Assembly (NCBI GenBank): GCA_963830715.1
Contig: CAWHNS010000015.1
Location: 3,023 to 67,022 of the forward strand
DNA: 64,000 nt
Reading direction: 5' to 3'
Origin: an uncultured delta proteobacterium
GTDB taxonomy: Bacteria > Desulfobacterota > Binatia > Binatales > Binataceae
The notes under the pieces were generated by a model. The model saw nothing but the letters and a program-made list of their open reading frames with translations. It was not told the DNA's origin and did no database searches. Position numbers and translations under genes: made by a program. Positions 1 to 11,756 of the stretch are shown in pieces. Position 1 is the first letter of the stretch; every line of letters starts with the position of its first letter.

Positions 1-490
1 GGCCTACGCGGGATTGCTGGTGGTTCTCACACCGCTCTTCTGGCAGGGATCACACGTACTGTCGCTCGACGTGATGCCGCCGCTCAGCCCGATGTGCCTG
101 GCGGGCGCGCGTTACATCTACGCCGCCTTCGTGCTTAATGCGATCCTGATCGCGCTTCGCCCCGGCGCGATCGCTCAACTCACCGACCCGGCCGCGCTCG
201 CGGTCGTAGCGGCGACCGGCATACTGATTTATTTCCTCGGGACGTCCTCATGGTATGCGGCAATAAGCCGGCTCTCGCTGGCGTGGACGACGGCGCTGGT
301 GGTGCCGGGAATCCCGCTGCTCTCGATTCTGTTCGCGGTCGCATTCCTGGGCGAGCATGCCACGCGGCGCGAAGTCGTCGGGATCGTAATCGCGGTCGTC
401 GGCGTGATCGCGCTGGTCACCGGCGGCGACCCGCATCGCAGAGTCGGGCCGCGCGAGGCCGCCGAGGCAATCCATGCGCCGCTCAGCTGA
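1..490 (+). CDS. DMT/EamA family transporter, 5'-truncated by window edge
   Basis: Multiple hydrophobic helices ending in the EamA-like motif FAVAFLGE...GIVIAVVGV. Confidence 0.8.
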   Translation, partial: AYAGLLVVLTPLFWQGSHVLSLDVMPPLSPMCLAGARYIYAAFVLNAILIALRPGAIAQLTDPAALAVVAATGILIYFLGTSSWYAAISRLSLAWTTALVVPGIPLLSILFAVAFLGEHATRREVVGIVIAVVGVIALVTGGDPHRRVGPREAAEAIHAPLS

Positions 491-509
491 CGACAACCCC
501 CGTTCCGTC

Positions 510-1211
510 CTACAACAACGCGAGACCAACGTAGGTCTCGAAGGTCCAGTGCCTTCCGTCGGTGCTGATGAAGTTCTTGAGCCTGCCCTCGATCCGAAAC
601 TTGTATTCGTTGCCGCTTAGCGCCTCCGGCGGTGGATTGCTGGTCCACAGTCCTCGCTTGCAGGCCTCGATCATCAGGCGGTCCATTGCGCCCGATCCTG
701 AATGCCGTTCGAGGACCAATTCCCGGAGCTTGCCCTGCTTGTCCATCGTGGCGGTGATGACGGCCGGAACGAGGTTGTCCGGCAATCGCGCCGATGCGAT
801 ATCCCCGTGCTCGAGGGTTTGCATCGCATTGAACACCCTGTGCAAGAGGGTGTTGGAGAATCCCGCGAACTGCGCCGCCCTGACGTTGAGCAGCTCTTCG
901 TGGCCCGGCGCCGCGGCATTTCCGGCGAATCGCGCGGTTCCCGGCCGATTGAGGAAGAGCCGATGGAGCTCGGCGTCGCTCGACGACTCGCCCGCGGCGC
1001 CCGGCGTGGGCGAGGCCGGCGCGACCGGCGGCGGCGCAAGTGAGGATGGCGACGGGGCGCTGGAAATCGACGAGAGATCGGTTACGACGCGCGGCGTCGG
1101 TTCGCTCGCAGGCGCCGCGACCGGCGGCTGATTCTGCGTGCCGCATCCCGCGAAGATCGCGAGGCAGAGCATCCACGCGCTTCGGGCAATCGCTCGCCGA
1201 TCCGGCCTCAC
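510..1211 (-). CDS. Putative lipoprotein with TonB C-terminal-like domain
   Basis: Lipobox-like LAIFAGC, Pro/Ser-rich linker, C-terminal AVITATMDKQGKL...SGSGAMD...PPPE pattern resembling TonB_C. Confidence 0.55.
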   Translation of the reverse strand: MRPDRRAIARSAWMLCLAIFAGCGTQNQPPVAAPASEPTPRVVTDLSSISSAPSPSSLAPPPVAPASPTPGAAGESSSDAELHRLFLNRPGTARFAGNAAAPGHEELLNVRAAQFAGFSNTLLHRVFNAMQTLEHGDIASARLPDNLVPAVITATMDKQGKLRELVLERHSGSGAMDRLMIEACKRGLWTSNPPPEALSGNEYKFRIEGRLKNFISTDGRHWTFETYVGLALL

Positions 1212-2827
1212 GGAGCGCGAGCCTCGTCAAGCCGAATGATAGCCGGGCGGGGATTGTCGAAGTCGGCGGCGAACGCGTCGAGAAATTCCTCACCAAGCTT
1301 GCGTTCTTCCTCCCGCACTTCCTCGCCGTGAGCGTCCGCTATCGCGTCGCCGATCCGCGCCAGAATTCCGAGCGTGGCGGAATAGCGGAACTCCCCGGTG
1401 ACATCTCCCGTGACGCGCACCATCCCGTCATTGGTGCGCAGGGACGAGATGTTCGTGCTCAGGCCGTGGCCGCGATTCCCCTCGGCCAGCACGCGCATGA
1501 ATTCCCCCGCGACCATCAGCGCGATCCGGTACGCGACCGGAGGCGCGACCACCTGCGGCGGCGCGTCCATTCGGCTGTTGATCGTCACGCTGTCGCGATC
1601 GCGATGATAGACGGTGGTGTAGCTGAGGTCGTCAAGCCCGAAATCCATGCCCATCCGGGTGACGTGGATAGAGCTCACGGCCCGATAGCCGCCGTCCGCG
1701 ATCGCCGACAGATCAACTGGTTCGCCCGCTGGCGCGTAGTGGGAATCAAATGGCGTGAGCATCCCGGCTCGCACCATCATGACCAATCCGATTCGGCCGT
1801 GGTCGAAGCTGAAGCGCAGCCACTGATTGCCCTTACGGTCGGAGATCGTGCTGGTCGCGTACACCTGGGGAGCGAAGCGCTCATAGAAGCTCGCCAGATG
1901 CGGGAAGGCCTCGATCGAGCCGGGACGCACGCGAGCGTTGAGGTTGAGCAACACGAACGGCCCGCCAGGGCCCGAGAACTCGTCAACCACGTTCGAGAGT
2001 TCGAGGTAATGCTCGACACGCTCGGCGCTCCGCGGCAGATCGCGCCGAAAGCGCGCGAGCGCGGCGCTGTCGTGATGGTTGAAAGCGCCGAACGACGAGT
2101 CCCAGGGCGGTCTCAAATCGCCATAGACCTCGCGAACAAGCGCCGCGTCCGAATCGACGATTGCGCCGATGCCGTATGTGTCGAGAGTCAGCCTGCCGCT
2201 TAGGTCGGCGATGACGCTCGAGGGCTGGCTGTCCGCCGCATCCGCCGGCCATAACGCGAACATCCCGGAGAAATCATCGGGACGATCGGGCGTGTCGAAG
2301 GCCGGCTCCAGTGAATACCGATATTTGGCTCCGTCCGGGGTTCCACGAACCGTTATCTGATGGACATCGGGCGGGCGTTTCGTCCATGGAACGTCGTCGC
2401 TGGAATAGAGCTGCGCGGCCCGGATCAATGTCGATTGGCGCGGCGGAAGCTTATCGAGGACGTCCTGCAGTTGGCTGTCAAGTTCGGGGTTGAAGGAAAT
2501 CTTGCGCTGGAAATTCAGTTGCTTTTCGAACAGCGCGATGGCTCTCCTCGCCCGATCCGGCCCGGGCGGCGCCAGTTCCAGCACCGGCGCGAACAAGTTC
2601 CGATCGGGCGGAAAGAATCCCGGCGGCGCCGGGACAGGGGTTGCGGCCGGAGTGGACGCTATCGCGGCGGACGCGATCGTCGTGGGCGCGGCAGCGGCCG
2701 GCCTTGACACGATGATTATGATTATCGCCACAAGCGCGAGGATTTCCGGACAGCCGGACCGAATTGTACCAACTGCGGGGCGATGGTATCTTTTGTAGAA
2801 GAGTTGAGAAGGCAAAGTTGCACCCAT
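1208..2827 (-). CDS. Hypothetical exported protein (true start probably near 2735)
   Basis: 539-aa ORF with N-terminal hydrophobic stretch and Ala/Pro linker; its stop overlaps the next gene's start by 4 nt. Confidence 0.6.
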   Translation of the reverse strand: MGATLPSQLFYKRYHRPAVGTIRSGCPEILALVAIIIIIVSRPAAAAPTTIASAAIASTPAATPVPAPPGFFPPDRNLFAPVLELAPPGPDRARRAIALFEKQLNFQRKISFNPELDSQLQDVLDKLPPRQSTLIRAAQLYSSDDVPWTKRPPDVHQITVRGTPDGAKYRYSLEPAFDTPDRPDDFSGMFALWPADAADSQPSSVIADLSGRLTLDTYGIGAIVDSDAALVREVYGDLRPPWDSSFGAFNHHDSAALARFRRDLPRSAERVEHYLELSNVVDEFSGPGGPFVLLNLNARVRPGSIEAFPHLASFYERFAPQVYATSTISDRKGNQWLRFSFDHGRIGLVMMVRAGMLTPFDSHYAPAGEPVDLSAIADGGYRAVSSIHVTRMGMDFGLDDLSYTTVYHRDRDSVTINSRMDAPPQVVAPPVAYRIALMVAGEFMRVLAEGNRGHGLSTNISSLRTNDGMVRVTGDVTGEFRYSATLGILARIGDAIADAHGEEVREEERKLGEEFLDAFAADFDNPRPAIIRLDEARAP

Positions 2828-3026
2828 GAAAGCTGGAATTCATCCCGAATATCGCCGCTGCGTGGTGACCTGCGCGTGCGGCAACACCTTCGAGACCCGT
2901 TCGACGCTGCCCGAAATACACGTCGAAGTGTGTTCGCAGTGTCATCCGTTTTACACCGGCCAGCACCGCTTGGTCGATACCGCGGGCCGGGTCGAGCGCT
3001 TCAAGCGCAAATACGGAATGAAGTAG
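2826..3026 (+). CDS. rpmE: 50S ribosomal protein L31 (Zn-binding type)
   Basis: MKAGIHPEY...CACG...[10 protein letters not shown]...GRVERF. Confidence 0.97.
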   Translation: MKAGIHPEYRRCVVTCACGNTFETRSTLPEIHVEVCSQCHPFYTGQHRLVDTAGRVERFKRKYGMK

Positions 3027-3155
3027 CATTCAGACTCCCGCCGCCCGAGACGCCGCTTGCGGGCTCCGGGCGAGCGGGACGACGGTATTGAGACGCGCGG
3101 CCCAATCGCTAATGTCGCTGCGGGGGAGCTCTGTCCCGCCGCGGCCCCTGCGAAT

Positions 3156-4217
3156 ATGCTCGACAAGCTTAAAGGAATCGAAGATCGCTTCGCGGAGCTG
3201 GAGCGAAAACTGAGCGACCCGGCGGTCATCGGAAACAACCGCGAGTACGCCCAGCTCGCAAAGGAACGCTCGCAACTCGACCAGGTGGTCGGATGTATCC
3301 GTGACTATCGCCGCCTGCTCGACGTGATCGCGCAGCACAAGGCGATACTCGAAGACAACGACCCTGACCTGAGGGAGCTTGCGAAGTCGGAGCTGCCGGG
3401 ACTGCAGAAGCAGCAGACCGCGCTCGAGGAGCGCCTGCGACAACTGCTCGTGCCTCGCGATCCAAACGACGATAAAAACGTAATCCTGGAGATTCGCGCC
3501 GGCACGGGTGGCGAGGAGGCCTCGCTGTTCGCGACCGAGCTGTTCCGGATGTATTCGCGCTACGCCGAGCATCACGGATGGAAGGTCGAGCCGCTGAGCA
3601 TCAGCAGCACGGGCCTCGGCGGCATCAAGGAAGTGATTGCCGCGATCACCGGCCGCGGCGCCTACAGCCGGCTCAAATACGAAGGCGGGGTGCATCGGGT
3701 GCAGCGCGTGCCCGCCACCGAAGCGTCGGGCCGGATTCACACCTCGGCGGTTACCGTTGCGATCCTGCCCGAGGCCGACGAGGTCGAGGTCAACATCAAC
3801 GAGGAGAAGGACCTCCGCATCGACGTGATGCGCGCGTCGGGACCCGGCGGCCAGAGCGTCAACACCACCGACTCGGCGGTTCGCATAACCCATCTGCCGA
3901 CCGGGATGGTAATCGTGTGCCGCGACGAGAAATCGCAGCACAAGAACAAGGCGCGCGCGCTGAAGATCCTCCGCGCGCGGCTGCTGGAGCGCGCTCACGC
4001 CGAGCAGGACGCGAAGATCGCGCAGACCCGGCGCTCGATGGTGGGTACCGGCGATCGATCGGAGAGAATCCGCACCTACAATTTCCCGCAGTCGCGCGTC
4101 ACCGACCATCGCATCAACCTGACGCTCCATCAGCTCGACCAGGTGCTCGACGGTGGTCTCGAGACGATCATCGACGCGCTCGCGACCAAAGAGCAGGCCC
4201 AGGCGCTCAGCGCCTGA
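3156..4217 (+). CDS. prfA: Peptide chain release factor 1
   Basis: GGQ motif (SGPGGQSVN), PAT anticodon-like motif (RVPATE), EIRAGTGGEEA; start at MLDKL. Confidence 0.97.
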   Translation: MLDKLKGIEDRFAELERKLSDPAVIGNNREYAQLAKERSQLDQVVGCIRDYRRLLDVIAQHKAILEDNDPDLRELAKSELPGLQKQQTALEERLRQLLVPRDPNDDKNVILEIRAGTGGEEASLFATELFRMYSRYAEHHGWKVEPLSISSTGLGGIKEVIAAITGRGAYSRLKYEGGVHRVQRVPATEASGRIHTSAVTVAILPEADEVEVNINEEKDLRIDVMRASGPGGQSVNTTDSAVRITHLPTGMVIVCRDEKSQHKNKARALKILRARLLERAHAEQDAKIAQTRRSMVGTGDRSERIRTYNFPQSRVTDHRINLTLHQLDQVLDGGLETIIDALATKEQAQALSA

Positions 4218-4223
4218 TCGTCG

Positions 4224-5130
4224 ATGAAAACCGAGCTCGCGCAGCCCGCTGCGGTCGGATCACTGGTCGAGGCCGCCGCCCAGGCGCTCGCGCGCCGCGG
4301 GCGTCGAGAGTGCGCTGCTCGATGCGGAACTCCTGATGGCGTATGCAGCCGGCGCGACGCGCGCGCAGGTCCTGTCCGGTTCGGTCGAGATCACGGATCG
4401 GGCCGTCGCGCGATACGGCGAGTATGTCGCCCGGCGTGCGGCGCGCGAGCCGCTGGCCTATATCGTCGGGCACAAGGAGTTCTTCTCGCTTGACTTCGTG
4501 GTCACGCCGGACGTGCTCATTCCGCGGCCGGAGACCGAGACCCTCGTCGCCGCAGCGCTCGAGATCGCAGCCGGCTGCCCGGAATGCCTGATGCTCGACA
4601 TCGGCACCGGCTCGGGAGCAATCGCGATTGCGGTCGCAGCGAACGCGCCCAATGCAACAGTGACGGCGACTGACATATCTAAAGAATCACTTGAAGTTGC
4701 TCGCATCAACGCCGAGCGCCTCGAATGCGCCGATCGAATAGAATTTCGGCGCGGCGATTGCTGGACGCTCTGGATCGCATGCCGGGGCGGTCGAGGTTTG
4801 ATTTGGTCGTATCGAATCCGCCGTATGTCGAGGGCGCGGCAGTAGAGAATCTCGCCCCCGAGATACGCCACTTCGAACCGCGACACGCACTAGCCGCCGG
4901 TCGCGACGGACTGGAATTCTACCGCCGCATCCTCGGCGGGCTGCCCGAGTTTCTGTCGCCCGGAGGCGAGCTGCTGATGGAGGTCGGCGTCGGAGCCGGG
5001 CAAGCCGGCGCAGTCATCGAAATGTGCCGGAGCGCCGGATCCGTCGAGGCCGTGGCGCTCCGCGATCTCGGCCGGAGACCCACGCGTGATTCGAGCGTGC
5101 TTCCGGAATCAGAGCCGGCGGAAATCCTGA
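4224..5130 (+). CDS. prmC: Release factor glutamine methyltransferase, frameshifted in this assembly
   Basis: [26 protein letters not shown] and SNPPY spread over three ORFs; follows prfA. Confidence 0.9.
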
Positions 5131-6398
5131 TGGACAAGATGATCATACACGGCGGCGCAGCGCTCAAGGGCGAGGTCGCGTTGAGCGGGAGCAAGAACGC
5201 GGCGCTGCCGATTCTGATGGCTGCGGCGCTGACCGATGAGCCGGTCGTGGTGCACAACCTGCCGCGGGTGCGCGATGTCTGGACGTCGCTGGAGCTGCTG
5301 GCGCGGCTGGGCGCCACTAGCCGATGGCTCGACGATCATGCCGTCGAGGTTCACGCCGCGAAACTCGAATCCCACGAAGCGCCCTATGATCTGGTCAAGA
5401 CGATGCGCGCGTCGTTCCTGGCGTTGGGACCGCTGCTGGCGCGCACCGGCCGCGCCAGAGTCTCCACGCCCGGCGGATGCGCGATCGGCGCACGGCCGGT
5501 GAATCTTCATATCGCAGGAATCAGGGCGCTCGGTGCGCGGATTCATCTTCGCGGCGGCTACGTCGAGGCGCACACCGACGGCCTCGCCGGGGCGCGAATC
5601 TGGCTCGATACACCCTCGGTCGGCGCCACGGAGAACATCATGATGGCGGCGACGCTCGCGCGCGGCCGCACTCTGATCGAGAATGCGGCGCGCGAGCCGG
5701 AGGTCCAGGATCTGGCGGGGATGCTCACCGCGATGGGCGCGCGGATTGCCAGCGCGGGCTCGCATGTGGTCGAAATCGAGGGCGTCGATCGCCTGCGCGG
5801 CGCCGAGCATCGCGTGATTCCGGATCGGATCGAGGCGGGCTCGCTGATGGTCGCAGCGGCAATAACCGGCGGCGATGTGCTGGTTCGCGGCGCGCCGATC
5901 GAGCATCTTGACGCTGTAATTGCCAAGCTCCGCGATGCCGGCGCGATAGTCACGGCCGTCGAAGGCGGGCTTCGCGTAACGCGGCATGGCGCGCTCCGTC
6001 CGGTTGAGCTTCGCACCCTTCCGTACCCCGGATTCCCGACCGATCTGCAGGCCCAGATGATGGCCCTGCTGACGCAGGCCGACGGCACCTCGGTGATCGC
6101 CGAGACCATCTTCGAGAATCGCTTCATGCACGCGCTGGAGCTTCTGCGGATGGGCGCCGGGATCGTGATGAAAGGTGCCACCGCGATTGTCCGCGGCCCC
6201 TCGCACTTGAGCGGCGCTCCCGTGATGGCCACCGATCTGCGCGCGAGCATGAGCCTGGTGCTGGCGGGCCTGGTCGCCGAAAACACCACCGAAGTCAGCC
6301 GCGTGTACCATCTCGATCGCGGCTACGAGGCGCTGGACCAGAAGCTCAAGGCGCTCGGGGCGCAAATCGAGCGCAGGAGCGATCGGGCCGCCGCGTGA
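5130..6398 (+). CDS. murA: UDP-N-acetylglucosamine 1-carboxyvinyltransferase
   Basis: [34 protein letters not shown]; ATG overlaps the prmC stop. Confidence 0.96.
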   Translation: MDKMIIHGGAALKGEVALSGSKNAALPILMAAALTDEPVVVHNLPRVRDVWTSLELLARLGATSRWLDDHAVEVHAAKLESHEAPYDLVKTMRASFLALGPLLARTGRARVSTPGGCAIGARPVNLHIAGIRALGARIHLRGGYVEAHTDGLAGARIWLDTPSVGATENIMMAATLARGRTLIENAAREPEVQDLAGMLTAMGARIASAGSHVVEIEGVDRLRGAEHRVIPDRIEAGSLMVAAAITGGDVLVRGAPIEHLDAVIAKLRDAGAIVTAVEGGLRVTRHGALRPVELRTLPYPGFPTDLQAQMMALLTQADGTSVIAETIFENRFMHALELLRMGAGIVMKGATAIVRGPSHLSGAPVMATDLRASMSLVLAGLVAENTTEVSRVYHLDRGYEALDQKLKALGAQIERRSDRAAA

Positions 6399-7722
6399 CG
6401 ACCAGATTACTCCGCTCCGGTACGCCGGAGTTCGCGCGATTCCTGAAGACGCTCCTGGAACGCCGGCGCCCCGACGGAGACGGCGTTGACGCTGCGGTCG
6501 CGGCGATAATCGAAGACGTGCGGCAACGGGGCGATCGCGCGTTGTGCGATCTCACGGCGCGATTCGACGGCGTGAAACTCACGGCTGCCCTGCTGCGAGT
6601 CAATCGCGACGAGCTTCGGAGCGCACTTGCGGCCCTGGATCGCGACGAGCGAGCCGCGCTCGAGCTGGCCGCGCGCAGAATAGCGGATTTTCATCGCCAC
6701 ACGCTGGAGAAATCATTCAGCTATCGCGACGCGAGCGGGATGATGCTCGGGCAGTTCATCCAGCCGCTGACGCGGGTCGGAGTCTACGTGCCTGGAGGAC
6801 TTGGCGCATATCCGTCCTCGGTGCTGATGAACGCGATTCCCGCGCGGGTGGCGGGGGTCAAGGAAATCGTGATGGTCTCGCCGCCGTCGCGCGACAGCAG
6901 CCGCGGCGCGGTCATGGCCGCCGCCGCGATCGCCGGCGTGGACGAGTTCTACCGCGTCGGCGGCGCGCAGGCGGTCGCTGCGCTCGCCTACGGAACGCGG
7001 AGCATCCGGGCGGTGGACAAGATCGTCGGGCCGGGCAACGCATGGGTCCAGGCGGCCAAGCGGATGGTCTACGGCGTGACCGACATCGACAAGATGGCCG
7101 GTCCGAGCGAAGTGCTGGTGATCGCGGACGCAAGCGCCCACCCGGATTGGGTCGCAGCGGATCTGATCGCGCAGGCCGAACACGGATCGGGCGACGAATC
7201 CGCCATCTTGCTCACGCCCTCGCCCGCGATCGCGCGTCGCGTCGCCGCCGCGCTCGAACGATCGCTCGCGGACCTGCCGCGCGCGGACGCTGTCAGGCGC
7301 GTGTTGGCGAAACGCGGTGCCATCGTCGTGGTGCGCGGGCTTGGAGAGGCGTTCGACCTGGCCAATCGGATCGCGCCGGAGCATCTGGAGTTGGATATCA
7401 GGGAACCCGCGCGATGGCTCCCGCGCGTCACGGCGGCCGGAGCGGTCTTTTTGGGAGGACTCACGCCGGCGCCGCTGGGCGACTATCTGGCCGGGCCAAA
7501 TCACGTCCTGCCCACAGGCGGATCCGCCCGGTTCGCCTCGCCCCTGGGCGCATACGATTTCCTGAAGCGAACCAGTATAATTCAGGCGTCGGTGGGCGCG
7601 CTTAAACGGCTCGGGCCGGCGGTCGCGCTACTGGCGCGGATGGAAGGTTTCGAGGGACACGCGCGCGCGATCGAGCTGCCGGAGCAGCGCGCCCGGCCTC
7701 TCGAATCGAGCCGGCAGGCTGA
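6395..7722 (+). CDS. hisD: Histidinol dehydrogenase (3' end uncertain, probable indel)
   Basis: [39 protein letters not shown]. Confidence 0.93.
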
Positions 7723-7728
7723 ACAGAA

Positions 7729-8414
7729 ATGGCAGGTAATCGCAAATCGAAAAGCGACGGCGATCGGCCAGGCGCGAAGGCGAGCGTTCCCGTCCCGGCC
7801 GTCGAGTCAGTTTCAAGGCCGCCGCGCGTCGCAAGCGTCGAGCGCAAGACCCGCGAGACCTCGGTCGCGGTCTCGCTCAAGCTCGACGGCCGAGGGCGGA
7901 GCGAAATCAAGACCGGCGTCCCGTTTCTGGATCATATGCTCGAGAGCTTCTCGCGCCACGGCTTTTTCGATCTCACAGTCAGGGCGAACGGCGACATCAA
8001 GGTCGATGACCATCACACGGTGGAGGACGTCGGCCTGATGCTCGGGCGGGCTTTCCGGCAAGCGCTGGGCGATCGATCCGGAATCCGGCGTTTCGGCAAC
8101 GCGACCGTCCCGCTCGACGAGGCGCTATGCTCGGTGACGGTGGATATCAGCGGGCGCCGTTCCTGGCTTACGACATTGCGACCAGCCACGAGCGGGTCGG
8201 CTCTTTCCAGACCGAGCTGGTGCACGATTTCATGAAGGCGCTGGCCGACGAAACCGGGATGAACCTGCATGTCCACATGCACAGCGGCCGCAATCCGCAT
8301 CATGTGATCGAGGCCGCGTTCAAGGCGCTGGCGCGCGCGATGGACGAGGCGACCTCGCGCGAGCCGCGGCTCGGCGCCGGCGGCCCGCTCTCGACCAAGG
8401 GCACTCTCTCGTGA
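7729..8414 (+). CDS. hisB: Imidazoleglycerol-phosphate dehydratase, frameshift near 8155
   Basis: [30 protein letters not shown]. Confidence 0.93.
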
Positions 8415-8465
8415 GGGCTCGCAACCGCGAGCCTGTTGTCCTCGCGCAAGTGGCGATCGTTTCTG

Positions 8466-8497
8466 TCCCCTCTCCCGTGGCCGGGAGAGAGTGAGGG
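8466..8497. repeat. Short REP-like palindrome (CTCTCCCG-TGGC-CGGGAGAG)
   Basis: 8-bp inverted repeat 8470-8477/8482-8489 followed by GTGAGGG, intergenic between hisB and hisA. Confidence 0.5.
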
Positions 8498-8509
8498 TCG
8501 TTCAGAGGA

Positions 8510-9274
8510 TTGTTCGATAGCTTCACCGTAATTCCGTCGATCGATCTGAAGGGCGGCGAGGTGGTGCGCCTGCTGCGCGGAGACCTGGCGCGCGCGACGA
8601 TCTACGGCAACGATCCGGCGGAGGTCGCGCGCGGTTTCGAGGCGCAGGGCGCCACGCTGATCCATATCGTGGACCTTGACGGCGCGATCGCCGGCGAGCC
8701 GCGCAACCTCGATTCGGTCCGCGCGATTCGCGCGGCGGTGCGATGCGACCTCGACGTGAGCGGCGGGCTCAGAACGATCGAGGCAATCCGCAGCGTCGTG
8801 GCTGCCGGCGCGAATTGGGTCTCGATCGGCTCGGCCGCTTTTCTCAATCCCGCCTTGCTCGGCGAAGCTTCGCTGGAGCTCTCCGGGCGGGTCTTCGGAT
8901 CGATCGACATCCGCGACGGCAAGCCCGCGATAAAGGGATGGCGCGAGACGCGCGATTCCACGATCGCCGAAGTTGCGCAGCGTTTCCGCAGCGCGGGCGT
9001 GGCGGCGCTGATCGTAACGGATATCGCCCGCGACGGCGCCGAGACGGGCGTCGATGCGCCGCGGCTTGTGTCGCTGGCGCGCGCGCTGTCGATGCCGCTC
9101 GTCGCGTCGGGCGGCGTGGCGACGCTCGCCGATATTCGGGCGCTGCGCTCGCATTTCGATGACGGCATCGCCGGCGTGATCGTGGGCCGCGCTCTGTACG
9201 AGGGACGTTTCACGCTCGCCGAGGCGATTGCCGCCGCGAAGAAGAGTTCAACCACAAAGGCACCAAGGCATTGA
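8510..9274 (+). CDS. hisA: ProFAR isomerase
   Basis: IPSIDLKGGEVVRL, HIVDLDGA, TDIARDG, SGGV, GRALYEG. Confidence 0.94.
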   Translation: MFDSFTVIPSIDLKGGEVVRLLRGDLARATIYGNDPAEVARGFEAQGATLIHIVDLDGAIAGEPRNLDSVRAIRAAVRCDLDVSGGLRTIEAIRSVVAAGANWVSIGSAAFLNPALLGEASLELSGRVFGSIDIRDGKPAIKGWRETRDSTIAEVAQRFRSAGVAALIVTDIARDGAETGVDAPRLVSLARALSMPLVASGGVATLADIRALRSHFDDGIAGVIVGRALYEGRFTLAEAIAAAKKSSTTKAPRH

Positions 9275-9298
9275 GAAATCCTTTGTGCCTTCGCGGTT
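9250..9298. repeat. Imperfect palindromic element AACCACAAAGGCAC...GTGCCTTCGCGGTT overlapping the hisA 3' end
   Basis: Imperfect inverted repeat 9250-9263/9285-9298 between convergent genes. Confidence 0.5.
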
Positions 9299-9326
9299 AC
9301 GCTCCTCCGAAGGCAGAGGGGCAGGG

Positions 9327-10336
9327 TCAGCGGTGGGTGTCGCCGCGGAGCCTCACGTCTGGGTTCGCGCAGAATCGGGGAATGCGCGCCGCAAACACGT
9401 CGAGGATATTGTCCACCGCCATTTCGGCCATCTTGAGCCGCGTGGCGTGACTCGCGCTTCCGATATGCGGCGTGATCACTACGTTGGGCAACTTGAGAAG
9501 CGGGTCGCGCGGCGCGATCGGCTCCGGGTCCGTCACGTCCAGGCCCGCGCCGCCGAGATGCCCTGATCGGAGCGACGCGGCAAGCGCCCGTTGATCGATC
9601 ACCTGTCCGCGCGCGGTGTTGATCAGGATCGCACCCGGCTTCATGATCGCGAACTCGCGCGCGCCGATCAGGTGACGGGTCGCGGGCGTCAACGGCACAT
9701 GGATCGAGACGAAATCCGATTCGCGCAGCAGCCGATCGAGGCTGACCGGCTCCGCGCCGCGCGCGCGTCGCTGCGCTGCGGCTGGCCGCGATTCCGCCTC
9801 GCACGCGCGTGCCTCGCGCAGAGGACGCGCATGTTGAAGCCGATCCCGCGATGCGCCATCGCCTGCCCGATCGCGCCATAGCCGATGATTCCCAGCGTCG
9901 CGCCGAACAGGTCGTAGCCGAGCAGAATCTGCGGCCCCCAGGTATGCCATCGGCCGGCGCGCACGTACCGATCGCCCTCGACGACGCGCCGCGCGGCCGC
10001 CATCAGCAGCGCGAATGCCAGATCGGCCGTGGTTTCAGTCAGCACGCCCGGTGTGTGCCCGACCGCGATTCCGCGGTCGGTAGCAGCCCGAAGGTCAACA
10101 TTGTCAACACCGACAGCGAGGTTGCTGATCGCGCGCAGGCGTGGGGCGGAGGCGATCGTCGCAGCGTCGAGCCGCTCGGTGAGCATGCTCAGGATCGCGT
10201 CGGCATTCCTGATCCGGCGGAGGAGCTCGCGATGAGGCGGCGGCGCGTCGGCCTCCCAGAGATCGACCTTGGCGCGCGCCTCGAGCCGCCGCAGCGCAGG
10301 CTCGGCGATCTCCCGCGTGACGAAGACTCTTTTCAG
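9327..10336 (-). CDS. D-2-hydroxyacid dehydrogenase (glyoxylate reductase-like), frameshift near 9780
   Basis: [44 protein letters not shown]. Confidence 0.9.
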
Positions 10337-10839
10337 CCGCGCACTCTTTCGACGTTCATGATCTGGCGCTCCTCGGCGGTCATCTTCTCGCGGATACGCG
10401 AGCCTTTGCCCAGATGCCGCACCGATTCGTCTCCGCCCTCTGAGAAAAATTCCTCATACGGTTGCGCCGGTACCGGGTCGTCCGGCGGCGTGTCGGTAAT
10501 CTTCACGCCGGTCAGCTCCTCAACCATGTTGACGGGGTACATCCGGATCGCGTCGTAGTCGGTGAGCAGTGCGCATACTTCGACGCAGATGTAGCATCCG
10601 ATGCACTCCTGGAATCGGTCCTGCACCGGCTGTAGGCCCCGGTTCGGCACGCTCCCCGGCTGCATATATTCGATACATCCGACCGGGCAGAACTCAGGGC
10701 ATTTGCCGCACGGGAAGCACAGGTTGACGTCCATGAAGGCGACTTCTTTCGGACGCTTCCTCTTGCGGCTGATTTCCTCCGGCGTATCCGGGATGCGTTC
10801 TTCCTTGAGGCGGCGCTTGATGATGTCGATTGCTGGCAT
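10333..10839 (-). CDS. 2x[4Fe-4S] ferredoxin-like protein
   Basis: [12 protein letters not shown] and [11 protein letters not shown] motifs. Confidence 0.85.
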   Translation of the reverse strand: MPAIDIIKRRLKEERIPDTPEEISRKRKRPKEVAFMDVNLCFPCGKCPEFCPVGCIEYMQPGSVPNRGLQPVQDRFQECIGCYICVEVCALLTDYDAIRMYPVNMVEELTGVKITDTPPDDPVPAQPYEEFFSEGGDESVRHLGKGSRIREKMTAEERQIMNVERVRG

Positions 10840-10925
10840 GATTTACAGTCAACGTGGTTTGGGCCCCATCGGTCAAGCATTGTGATACGCTGCGATCCAA
10901 TCGCCAACGGCAAGGTAACGCAGAC

Positions 10926-11735
10926 ATGGCGGAACAATCTAAATCACAATCGCAGCGCGCGACGGACCGCGAGATCGATGCGGCCGCCGAGATTATTCTG
11001 AGGGCCGAATACCCGATCGCATTGACCGGCGCCGGAATGTCGGTCGAGAGCGGCATCCCGCCGTTTCGCGGGCCGGGCGGCTTGTGGACCAAGTACGGCG
11101 AGCCACCGATGAACGGCTTCCAGATCTTCATGTCGGACCCCAGGAAGGCGTGGGAGCAGCGGCTTAGCCGCCGCAACGACGAACTCTTCGCGCCGCTCCA
11201 GGTGGCCAAGCCGAATCCGGGGCACATCGCGCTTGCGGAACTCGAGGCGCTTGGCCTGCTGCGCTTCGTGATCACGCAGAATATTGACGATCTGCATCGG
11301 CAGGCCGGTCAGAAGGCGCTGGCGGAGATCCACGGCAACTGGAAGCTCGTCCGATGCCTCGAATGCGTCTCGCGCTTTCGCCCCGACGAGGTGGCGCTCG
11401 ACGTTCTGCCGCCGAAGTGTGCGCGATGCGGCGGGCTGCTCAAGAGCGATACGGTTTCGTTTGGCGAGCCGATCCCGGCCGACGTGCTCCAGCTTTGCGC
11501 GGCGCACGCGTCGCGCGCCGACCTGGTGATCGTCGCCGGCACTTCGGCGACGGTCTATCCGGCCGCCGGGTTCGCCATTGAAGTGAAGGAGCGAGGCGGC
11601 GTGATGGTCGAGGTCAATCTATACGAATCGGAGCTAACGCAGCTTTGCGACATCAGCCTGCGCGGCGGCGCGGCTGAAGTCCTGCCGCGACTCACCCACG
11701 CGATTGGCCATCGCCGGCGCGCATCGGCAAATTGA
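10926..11735 (+). CDS. cobB: NAD-dependent protein deacylase (sirtuin, CobB-like)
   Basis: TGAGMSVESGIPPFRG, TQNIDDLH, EIHG, two CxxC, GTS. Confidence 0.9.
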   Translation: MAEQSKSQSQRATDREIDAAAEIILRAEYPIALTGAGMSVESGIPPFRGPGGLWTKYGEPPMNGFQIFMSDPRKAWEQRLSRRNDELFAPLQVAKPNPGHIALAELEALGLLRFVITQNIDDLHRQAGQKALAEIHGNWKLVRCLECVSRFRPDEVALDVLPPKCARCGGLLKSDTVSFGEPIPADVLQLCAAHASRADLVIVAGTSATVYPAAGFAIEVKERGGVMVEVNLYESELTQLCDISLRGGAAEVLPRLTHAIGHRRRASAN

Positions 11736-11756
11736 AGGCAGAAGACGGGTGGTGTC

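Noticed and set aside
4725-6398. Apparent PrmC-MurA fusion ORF
   Set aside because: Created by prmC indels; murA has its own ATG at 5130 overlapping a TGA.
6395-8038. HisD with a long C-terminal extension overlapping hisB
   Set aside because: The extension is out-of-frame hisB sequence after a probable indel near 7680.
10926-11735. Sirtuin as a SIR2 anti-phage effector next to the mobile element
   Set aside because: It is a single-domain CobB-like deacylase with a Zn ribbon, host-like GC and lies outside the element ends.
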